Of a stretch of DNA of 64,000 nt, positions 52,561 to 64,000 are shown one piece after another. The DNA is from the human T2T-CHM13v2.0 reference genome, Homo sapiens. The notes beneath the pieces were generated by a model. The model saw nothing but the letters and a program-made list of their open reading frames with translations, was not told where the DNA came from and made no database searches. The stretch lies in NCBI RefSeq assembly GCF_009914755.1, contig NC_060941.1, one strand, 5' to 3'. The number at the start of each line of letters is the position of its first letter. Positions within the stretch are counted from its first letter, which is position 1. The translations under genes were made by a program, and so were the position numbers.

Positions 52561-55500
52561 GGGGGTGGGCCCGCGGGAGGGCTGGGGACCCTCTCTCATG
52601 CCCTGGGCAGGTGGCTTCCGGCCCCAGCTGCCCTTCCCCCCGTGGCACCAGCTCCAAGGGATGGCTCAAGAGCCTGGGACTGACTCAGGGCATTGAGGGT
52701 GACCCCAGAAGACCAGGGCTCCTCGACAGGGCCCTCGGTGAGTGCCCAAAACGGGGAGTCCAGAATTCCAGCACAAGAAAAGGACCTTCTCTCTGAGCCC
52801 CACCGCTGCTGACCTCAGCCCAGAAAACTCCCTTCCCTTCCCAACACTCAGGCCAGGCCCTGGCTCCTCTGCGTGTGCTCCCGAGGGCCATGGAGGTGCT
52901 GATGCATGAAGGGCGTCCATGGAGACTGTTGTCCTCAGCACCCCACAAAGCCACCCCTCCTGCAGCCTCAGCCTGCAGGGCACAGTGCGGGGGACACTCT
53001 CAGGCCCGGTGGACTGATGGCACTAGGCTAGGTGTTCACGCTCTCTTTGGGACCTGTGGGGACAAGAGGGCAGGGCAGAGCTGGGTGAGGATCAGGTCCT
53101 AAGGTGGGGCACAGGTGCTATGCGGAGAGAAGGGGGCTTGGAGGAGTGGCGGGAAAGAGGCTCGAGGGAAGGTTCTGGCGGCCACCGGATGTGGGCATGG
53201 GGCCCACCCACCTGCATGCCACCCCCGATTTCCCCATGGGGAAGGCAGGAAGCTGCCCAGCCCAGGGCCCCTGGCTGGGGGAGGGGAGTAGGGTGTGGGG
53301 GTGGGCAGGGGACAGCGTCGGCTGAGCCCAGCCCATACCATCTTCCCCCAGCGTTCTCCAAGCCTCTCCATGGGCTTGGCTCTGGAAGCAAGAGGAATGG
53401 GTTTGGGGAGGTAGGAGCGGTAGAGAGAAAACCACCCAGTGACTCCTTCCCAGAAGGCCATGGACCTCTTCTCTGGGTCCTCCGTTTAGGCCCACACAGA
53501 CCTTAGGGAGCTGTCAGATTCAGGGCCTAGAAGAGGACTGGCATGGGGGCAGTGGGGAGGGAGATGGCCCCACATCCTTCCCTCCAGGAAGGGGGTCCTT
53601 CAACCTGGAAAGTTGCCCCATTCCCAGGTCCCTAAAATGGGACAGAGAAAGGGGGAATGGGGCCTTTCACCCCCTTGAGTCTAAAGAGAAAGTGGTGAGG
53701 AGGGTTGCCTTGCAGGGCCAGCTGGCCAGAAATGGGGCGATACTCCTTTAAGAGACCACCGCTGCCTCTGACCTGGGTGGAGGGGAAGTGGCTGCCCCAG
53801 GCGATAAGAGGATAAGAATATCAAAGTTGTGCAGTAACCTGGGTTCCTGGACCCCCATTCTTCAGGGCTCCTCCCCTGAGAGCATCTTACCTCCTACTCC
53901 TGCTTATGATGCCTCCATAGCCCTCACTTCAGAGGCGTCCTGTCCCCACAAAAGAGAGTCACAGAATGGGACCCAGGAGCCCGGCTTCTGGGCCCAGCTA
54001 TGCCATAGACCCCTCAGCATGTGACCTGTGGCGAGTCAGAGCTGAGGTTCCAAGGGACACACATGGCTCCAACAGTCTCCAATCTAGCCCTTCTCCTGTC
54101 CTGAGCAGGGTGAGGTGTCCCTGCTGCCTGTTGTCTTGTGACAACAGAGGCTGATTTTCTCTGTACAACCTCAATGCCTAAAGACCACCAATAGTTTTTA
54201 TTTTTATTTATCTATTTTCTTTTTTTGAGAAGAGAGCTTAGGGCCCAGCTTCTCTGTCAACGGAGCTTCTGGGGTCAGGGGGTTTCTGGATAGTCTAGGC
54301 CCTCTGCTGGTTCCCATCCCGAGGCTGGGGCTAAAGAAGGATGGAATGAGGACCTGGACTTTCCCCAGCCCAGCGATGACTCCCGACTCTGCTGGGCCTC
54401 AAACCAGAAGAAATGGTACAGGGCCAGAGACAAAATCAAGGACAGGGGAAGGGGCAGAGTCTAAAATAAGAATACAGAGACAATAAGAAACTTTGTGAGA
54501 ATGGCTAGGATACATGGAATGGGCCGTCCACCTGTGACTGGAACAAGGCTGCTGGACTCGAAGCCTGACGTAGGCTGCCACCACCCAGATGCGTGGCCTG
54601 TGTGACTGACCAGCAGGTGCCTGAGGGAAGAGCAGCCAGTGCCTGCATGGAAACACACATGCAGACACAGCGGCCCAGAGAGCCCAAAACATTCAGACAC
54701 AGACACGCTGTCGCCGACACACCCCGCAGTCCTGTACACACACCTAGAGGAGGCCTATCTACACTCCTGGACACACCTGCGTCCTCCCCAAGAGACACAG
54801 GGAGGGTCACCTGGGAATCTGGGGCCAGTGCTTGACAGGGTGACTGGAAGGAGCTGGGGGTGGATTCAGAACATAAGTACCTCTGTGAGAGTGGCCTGGC
54901 TCCCACTCCTGCCTCCAAAGCCACCTGTTGCCTGAGTTCCCCAGGATGAGAAAAACCAAACCCTTGATGTCTTTGTGGAGAGAGGAGTTCAAGTTGATAC
55001 TTCAAACTCCGCCTCCTTGGCGGCCGATCCAGGTTCAAGCAGGCTGTCACTGGGCAACCTTGGCTCACTTGGACTTGCTGTCAAAAGTCCCCCACGGCCC
55101 TCCCTGGTTCTGACATTCAGATTCTTGCTCAGAGGAAGTAGGGGGCGGGGGCGGCAGGAACAAGGTGGGAACAGCCCTTCATCAGGATAGAGGGATCTGG
55201 GCTTGGAATCCTGGAGGGCTCCAGGCTCATGGTCCCTCACTGCCACCCCCACCTTACCGACCTGGGGGACAACCATCTCTGTGTGCCAAGCTGAGGCTGT
55301 GGGTAGGCAAAGGTGAGCCGGCAGAGAAAAGGACACAGGACCTGTCCTTGGGCACTCCCAGCCTGATAGGCAGTGTGTACGAGTGTGTGTGTCAGTGCAA
55401 GTGAGTGTCTTGTACCCAAAGCAGGGGCAGAGCTTCAGGTCTGATGGGGACACTTGGTTCCTACTTCTAGTGAGCACTGAATCTGAGGGTGAAGTAGACA

Positions 55501-55855
55501 CACACATCTACATTTAACATAGTAACGGCAACAGGCACAAGGCCATCCCAGGTGGCAGTTGCCAGGGCCCAAGGGGCTGGGATGTTGGATGCTGTAGTAG
55601 CAACCTTAGAGTCACAGGAGTCCCATCAGAGAAGGCTTCCTGGAGAATGTGAGTACAGGTGGAAGAGGGTTTAGAAGGAGAGATTGGGCAAGGAGGAGAA
55701 ACAGGGAGAAAATTGTCTTTTGAAGGCCTAATGCCTGTAAGGAGAGCAGGCCCAGAGGGTGGAAGAAATGACACAAGCTCATTGTCCGCACATGAAGGCA
55801 GAAAAGAAAACCAACCCTTCCCTGCCATCTGCATGGGCCTGGGGCCCTCACTCAC

Positions 55856-55902
55856 AGGCAGGCAAGCAGCCAGTGGGAGATGGCAGCCCAGATAACCTGC
55901 CT
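55856..55902 (-). ncRNA. MIR4736: MIR4736 hairpin (low-confidence miRNA annotation)
   Basis: Minus strand AGGCAGGUUAUCUGGGCUG...GCUUGCCUGCCU matches my recall of hsa-mir-4736; terminal aggcagg/cctgcct pair. Confidence 0.75.
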
Positions 55903-58900
55903 TACAAAGAGCCAACAAGAGAGAAGCCACAGACTTAACCACTCACAAACAGGAAGTCCAGAAGGCAGAGCAGACCCGCCCTCCAGTAAGCTACAGTTGG
56001 GGACAGGCCTGGCCACAAAGGAGGGAAACTGAGCCCCTAGCATTGCAAAATGGGGCTAAAGCAAATTGGAGTCAATAGTCCCAAATGTTGAGACCCTTCC
56101 CCATCTCCCTGGAGGGGCAGCCAAGGGAAGCAGGTGCCAAGAGAGGCAAGTGCCTTAAGAACCTAAGACAGCCCATGTCCCCTACAGAGATCATCTCAGC
56201 ACCTCAGAAGATCTGTCTCATCTCAGAGCCTTGGGAGCACAAGGAGTGCTAAAGGGCCTCCAGGCAAGGAGGGCGGGCAAACTGGCTGCCCCTCAGCCCC
56301 TGCCTGCTCGTACCAGACTCCCCTAGGTTTAATTTCATACTCTCCTGCTCTACTCTGTCTGGCAAGGGGCAGCTCCAATGCACAGTGGCCCACACTAGGA
56401 GGTCACTTCGCACTGGGGCAGGGTTCTGGCTCAGATCTCCTGGGATCATAAGACCCAAGGACTTTTAAGCAGCAAGGTTAGGCAGCAACTGGTCCCGAGT
56501 CAGGAAACAGAGCTGCAAGCCCAGAGAGAGGCAGAAGGCAGCCTGAGGTCACAAAACAAGTTAGGGCCAAGTTGGGTTCTTTCCACAACATCTGGGAAAA
56601 GGCAGGACGGGCTGGGTGGAAAGGGGGTGTGGGTGTGAGGAAGGCTACCCTGACCACTGCTGTGGGAGTGGCCGTGAAACCAGAAGCTTTCTCCTCTGGG
56701 ATCTTCTGGGGACACAAGTGGAGAGATGAAAGCTCCCTCTGGACTCTCTCCACACACAGGTGCTGGGTTTAACTTGCATAGCTGCACCTGCTCCAGTTCC
56801 AACTGCTGCAAATAAATTGTGTGTGTATGTGTGGCGGGGACAGGGAGGGGGTCCAAGAGCTGGTTTTCTGCCTGGAACCCACTACAATCCCTCATCAGCC
56901 CCACTCCCTATCCCAACATCAGGATCACCAAGCAGAGGATAAAATTAAGTGTCAAGAAACTAGGGGTCTAATCCTCACCCTGTGATTATTTATGGTACAA
57001 TTCTGGGCCAGTCACTGAATCTGCCCCTAAACCCCAGCCTGTTTCTTCACCTATAAAAATGGGGAGGGAGTTGACCAAAAGACTTGTTTGTGCTCTAGGA
57101 AGTCCCCAAGAGCACAGGAGCCCAGAGACCTCGCAGGAGGAAGCAGCAGTATCTGTGTTCCAAATCCTGCCCAGCCCCCAGGCAGCCATGGTATCTTCTC
57201 AGCTGGCTCGAGGGCACACCTCCCAAAATGCAGAGAAGGCAGGGTGGCTAGGAATGGCTCTAGTAGAATTCTCCCCTTATCTTGTCTGGAAACAAGGGGC
57301 AAAGAGCTATCTATTTCCTCCTGCCAGCCTCCTGCCCCCAACAGGATTCCTCACATCCCAGGACCAGCTGGAAAAGGTGGTGAGAGTTGGAAAGAGACTG
57401 CTCAGTGAGGACTGCCCTGCGAACCAGCTTGGATTCATCCCGTTCACCTCCACGTTCTGCACTCGGGGCCGAGGGAAGGGAGGCAGCCCAGGCAGCTAGA
57501 GAACTTGATGAAACACACTCAATCTGAATCTCGCTTGATCGTCATGCTGACCCAGTGAGGTAAGTGATGGTATCCCCATCTCAGAGATGAGGAACCGGAA
57601 ACTCAGCGAGGTTAAGTTTCACCTTCCTGAAAATCGGGCACCCCGTTTCTGTTCCCCAGAGGGAGCTCAATTCAAAGTCCCCAAAGAACAGGTCTTCTGT
57701 GAAGACCTGTTCTCCCCTCACAACCCCGTTGGAAAAAGCAGTGGGAGCGACCCAGGGCGGACCCTCTGGCCCAGGCTTGTGGGTTGGGGGGCAGAGGGGC
57801 CTAACTGGGTGGCCAGGTGGCCCGCAGAGTCTCTCCAGCAGCAGATGGCCTCCCCAGCCCTTTCCTTCAGAGCCTATTAAGCAGTCAAATGGGGGAGGGT
57901 TGGCCCCCAAGGCCAGGGACCCAGCAGCAGCAGCAGCTCACAGCACTGGAGCCGTTAAAAAGTGACTCAACCAGAAAGTGCGTTTGAAGTGACGCCCGCC
58001 AGGGCCCCAGAGCCCCAGAGCCCCAGAGCCAAACCTCAAAAAGACGAAGTGAGAGAGACAGGCCTGCGGGGGCTGGGCCGGGGGTGGAGACCCAGCCTGG
58101 AGCTGGCCTGGCCAAATAAGGGCAAATGCACTAGGGCGGGCCAATGGGGCAACAGCGGCTGGCTGCGTCATGGGGCTGCGGCTCTGGGGAGGGGGAGGTG
58201 AGAAGCCTGGGACAAAATGGGGGTGGGTGTCAGGGGTCCCGGCACCTCTTCGAGGGGTCCCAGGGTGGGTGAACACAGGAGGCATGGAAGCCCTCACCCC
58301 CAAGGAGCCTTTGTTACTAAGGTCAGTGGACCTGCAACCCCAGAGCCCCACCTGCAGGCTGGATGGGGTTCAAGGAAGAAAAAGGGAAACCTGGAGGACC
58401 CCCATGCCCCTGCCCCAGTTATGGGCCCTGGATCCCCATCTGCCATGGAGAACTGAAGGGAGGCCATAGGGACAGCAGCGTTGTGCAAGGGGAAAGGCTG
58501 AAGCACCAGTGCAGCTTCACCAGGCCACTGACTGTGGGCGAGAGATGTAATGGAAACTCAGTTTTCTCATCTGTGAAAGGGGAATAATATTGCCTCGTGG
58601 GATGGCACTGAGGGTCAAATGCAATAATAGAGGTGGCCCATTTTGAACCTGGAAATTGCCATAGGGATGTAATAGATGATTAGTGTAGAGGCACAAGGCC
58701 AAAGGCTGCTTCTTAGATTCTTGTTTCCAGGTGCTATAAACGATCCCTTTGCAAGGATATCATGTGGTTCTCAATTTTGGCCCCTGGTGTCTAGAACAAG
58801 GTAGGGGGAGGTGCCAAGGCCAGAGGGATTCCTGAATCTTAGTCCCTAAGCAAAAGCAGAAGAGACTGATGCCTGCCTGCCTCCAGCTGATTCCCCAGGG

Positions 58901-60377
58901 ACATACCCCCCTTCATTTCTCCTGCATCTCCTCACCTTCCATGAATCCAGACCATGCCCCACCCCTCCTCCTGAGACCCCGCCCTCCATCTCCCGGCCTC
59001 TCTGGGGTGCAGGGCAGAGGAAGTGAGTCTACTCAGCTGACCAGAGAAAGTGCTGCAGCTGCCTGCACAGGGTGGGCCGACTGCTGTCTTGTTCAGTGCC
59101 TGTGATAACTCCCTTGCCTCAGGCCTCTCCAGCCCCTGCTGGGACCACTGGCCCAGGAGGAAGTCTGGGCTCTGGCTGCCACCTGCTTCCTCTCAGGAGT
59201 TCTTCTCCCTCCCAAGCATGGATTTGCATTTCCCCCTCTGCCTTCTGCTACTCAAGCCCCCAGGGATGAGGTGACAGTTAACCCCCCACTTCCTGCTAGT
59301 GGCCCCAGAGCGCTCACTTCCTTCCAGGTATTTTCCGGGATGGGGGAAGGGGTTGAAAGGGTGGTAGTTGCTGGGTTTGGAAAGGGGATGAGGGATCCAT
59401 TTTGGAGAGAAACTGAGGTCCCCCTACCCTGCTGTCTGAAGCTGCTCCTTCCCTTCCCTCACGCTCACTCTGTAACACAAGAGCTCAGTTTGCAGGAAGA
59501 AGAGTGCATAGGCCGGAAGCAGCACACAGGGGCTTTCAAAATGGGCTAGGCCAGCTCTCTCTTAGAGGCCCAGGCCTCTATCCGCCATAGATAGACCCCC
59601 AAGGAAAGTTCCTTGGACTTCAAGTTCCCTATCGGGACAACATAATGTCTGCCCTCTACCCGGAAGGCAGAGGGTTGAGAATGGGGGAGTGCCAAGGCAT
59701 AGAGGGGAAATGTTTTCCATCCTATTTCTCAGAGGATCTGGCATGCTGGTACCAGCAGCACAAGGCAGAGTGTTCTCTGCACTCAGTTCCCGCTTCCTGG
59801 GATCTTATGGCAGAGAAACACAGCATCTTTAGACAAGAGGTACTGAGCTAGGCAGTGTAGGACATACAAAGTAGCAGCGACCCGCTCCTGAAGTCAAGCT
59901 GACCAGTCTCTGGGGCTCAGTCCTCTCCTCTAAAAAGTGAGGGGCTGGCCTAAGTCATGACTCCCCCAGTCCTAATGTTCTGTGGTCTGCCTTCACTCCT
60001 CTGTAGACTCTGCATTTCACCTTCCCACTGGTGAAGGCCTCGAAACCCCAAGACTGAGGCAGGCAGCCATGTGCTCTTCTCCCCAGTCTAAACCTTATTG
60101 GTGCAACCTATAGCAATTTTTACCAAGTGTGGCTGTCTGTTCTCCTAGGTCAGACAAGACTGGAAGGGGGACAGCCACACATGAGCAACAGAAGTGACAG
60201 CTGACAGGTTGCTATGAATCCAAGAGGTAGAAAAAGAGTCAGTCCCGGAACCATTTCACCACATGATACAAAAATGGAGGTTTACAACAATGACTTTGAA
60301 CCAAATCAGGTTAAATCACATTCAGAATCTTGTATCCAAATAGCAAGGAAGTATATAACACATTTTTAAAAATTTAA

Positions 60378-60895
60378 GCTAGGTGTAGTGGCACATGCCT
60401 GTAGTCCCAGCTACTTGTGAGGCTGAAGCGGGAGAATCTCTTGAGCCCAGGAATTCAAGGCCAGTCTAGGCAACATAGTGAGACCCTGTCTAAAAAAAAA
60501 GAACCACAGAAAAACAAACAAAAAAACAAAAAAAAAACCCAAACCAAACTTTATCTTATAAAAAACGAGAACATAAAGATTAAAATTTTAAAAAAACCTT
60601 GGCCAGGCACAGTGGCTCACGCATATAATCCTAGCCTTTTAGGAGGCTGAGGCCGAAGGAACACTTGAGGCCAGGAATTTGAAACCCTGTCTCTACAAAA
60701 AATACCAAAAATACCCCCAAAATGAGCTGGGTGGAGTGGTGCGCACCTGTATTGTTAGATACTCTAGGAGCTGAAGTGAGAGGATTGATTGAGCCCAGGA
60801 GCTGGAGGCTTCAGTGAGCTACAATCGTGCCACTGCGCTCCTGCCTGGGAAACAGAACAAGACCCTGTCTTTGGAAAAAAAAAAAAAAAAAAAAA
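60378..60895 (+). mobile_element. Alu monomer (60378-60540) and AluJ-like element (60601-60895)
   Basis: Alu consensus with A tails. Confidence 0.85.
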
Positions 60896-61121
60896 GCCCT
60901 GGTGCTTGAAGGAAAATGTTTCTGTTTTGATTCAGTTTTGATGTATTTATGTATGATATATGTGGTGGAACACCTATTACCATTACCCAACAATGCTGGA
61001 AGGATGAAATTCTTGTCACACCTATCTAGAACTTACCTAGAGATAGGCAACCTTGGATAATGACAATTCCTTACATAGTTTACAACTCTCAAATTGCTTT
61101 TGCCTAAATTATTGTATTTGA

Positions 61122-61423
61122 TTTTTTTTTTTTTTTTTTGAGACAGGGTCTTGCTCTGTTGCCCAGGCTAGAGTGCAGTGGCACAACTGGGACTCACTGC
61201 ACCCGTGACCTCCTGGGCTCAAGTGATCCTCCTGCCTCAGCCTCCCAAGTAGTTGGGACTACAGGCGTGTGCCACCACGCCCAGCTAATTTTAAAAAAAT
61301 TTTTAGTAGAGACAGGGCATCGCCCTTTGCACAGGCTGATCTCAAACTTCTGAGCTCAAGCAATCCACCTGCCTCAGCCTCCCAAAATGCTGGGATTACA
61401 GGCGTGAGCCACCACACCCAGCC
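61122..61423 (-). mobile_element. AluJ-like element
   Basis: Antisense Alu consensus. Confidence 0.9.
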
Positions 61424-61533
61424 AAAGCAAACTTTTTATTTGAAGTATAACAGTGAACAAATCCTAAGTATATAACAATATATTTCCAGAAAGTGAACTG
61501 ACCTACATAACTAGCATCAAGATCAAGATAAAA

Positions 61534-61945
<412 letters not shown>

Positions 61946-62651
61946 TCATGCCCTCCTCCACCACCACCTATCACAGCTAACCACGATCCTGCCCTTAACA
62001 TCATAGTTTTGTCAACTGCACTTCCTAGACAAGAAACTTCATTTTAGAGGTGACTTGGGAAAGTCACAGGGTTGGTGGCTGGTGGAGGCAGCAGGGCCAG
62101 GACTCTGCCCTTAGTTAGATACATGTATTTTCATCGCACAAGTCTCAGTGTTCCAGTGGGGTGTGACGGTGCCATCATCAGTCTGCAGATTGAGGGAGGT
62201 GAGGAGGAAAAAGAGAGGTTGGGAGGTGTGGGGCACACAGGTCAGCAGGTGCGTAAGAGCTGCTGGAGTGGAATAGAAGATGCAGCCAGGGGTAACTCAT
62301 GAAGGGCTAGACTGGTTTCCCAATGCTCTGCACAGGAATCCTTGAGTAAATCCCAAGGATCCCCTCCCTGGGCCATTGCCCCACTGCCTCCATCTCTTTG
62401 GCTAATTTTAGACTTAGGGACTAGAGTGGTGGGATTAGAGTGGTTGGTGGGCTCAACGTGTAGGGACAATGTGTTGTAATAACTTCACTCAGAAGAAAGC
62501 TAATGCCTCACACTGGTTCTGTTGAACACTTATGGAGGGAAAAAAACTTGCTGTGTTTGTGGACAACTATGTCACAAACAGTTAGTAGCCCTAAACTTAG
62601 TGTGGACATTATATTTCTTGAGCTGAGGCTCCACTACTTGATTATGGCTAA

Positions 62652-62962
<311 letters not shown>

Positions 62963-63038
62963 AAGACACTTTAACTCTTTGAGTCTCAGTCTCCTCATCA
63001 CCAAATAAGGATGTTAACTAGTTCCAGGGTTTCTGTGA

Positions 63039-63381
<343 letters not shown>

Positions 63382-64000
63382 ACCTTTGTCAACTGTAAAA
63401 ATATTTACATGAAAGGCTTTACTGATACTAAACATGAACCAGACTTCCAGACAAAGTTATTATTAGTCTGTTCTTAAACATGACCTACCTGCCTCTTTCA
63501 TAGAGACCAGATGTCAGGGAGGGGACCTGAGGATCAAGTAGCAGGCTGCAGACAGACTAGGAGTAACAAGGCAGAAGCCACACCAAGAGCAAAGCCTCAG
63601 TTCCCAACCCTGGTGAAACTGCTCCCCTCCAAGACCAGACCATCCTGACCCTTGCTCTATCAGCTACCAGTCCTTTCTTGAGCTGGAGGCTGCATTATCA
63701 ATGCACTGCCACTGAGCTCCTCAGTGTTCTGGGAGACCCTAATTCCACAGTATGTGGCAGGGAGGAAGCAGGGAATGAGGCAAGGGCAGGCAAGGGGAAG
63801 GCAGCCTGGCTACTATTCCTAGTCTCTGTCTGACTTGCATCTGTCCTTGTTGAGCTAGGGAGGAGGCTTGCTCTTCAGGAGAGAAGCCAAACTACTGAGC
63901 AAGACAAGGAGAGATCTTAAGATGCTATGCACTCAGAACTTCGGCAGCCAGGACGGGACTGAAACTCTGACAGACACAATGGGCCAATGGGGCAGGACAT

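Noticed and set aside
55856-55902. MIR4736 as a functional partner clustered with miR-142
   Set aside because: 47-nt imperfect hairpin upstream of the MIR142 TATA; sequence gives no evidence of canonical processing.

Overview
Human genomic DNA, recognised as the chr17q22 locus. Left end: first two coding exons and promoter of myeloperoxidase (MPO, minus strand, continuing out of the window), with the promoter Alu carrying the -463G allele and a myeloid enhancer-like motif cluster about 4.1 kb upstream. 5-21 kb is a repeat-dense intergenic block (Alus, old L1s, an LTR) that also holds a ~2 kb polyadenylated insert inside an L1. 21.1-48.7 kb is the complete TSPOAP1 (BZRAP1/RIM-BP1) gene on the minus strand: I reconstructed 31 coding exons with GT-AG boundaries and consistent phases, totalling 5574 nt (1857 aa; coiled coil, 3 SH3, 3 FN3), plus a 3'UTR exon. 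50.8-52.5 kb is the MIR142 transcription unit (TATA, short first exon, 48-49 bp G-rich tandem repeat, hairpin, polyA signal). MIR4736 and an Alu cluster follow, probably within the antisense lncRNA TSPOAP1-AS1. No prokaryotic features or CRISPR array. Best leads: a switch-region-like architecture at MIR142, a 21-nt microexon, a candidate poison exon and an alternative donor in TSPOAP1, an orphan retrocopy, and a templated insertion in the MPO promoter Alu. Gene names and literature context come from recall and were not checked against databases.
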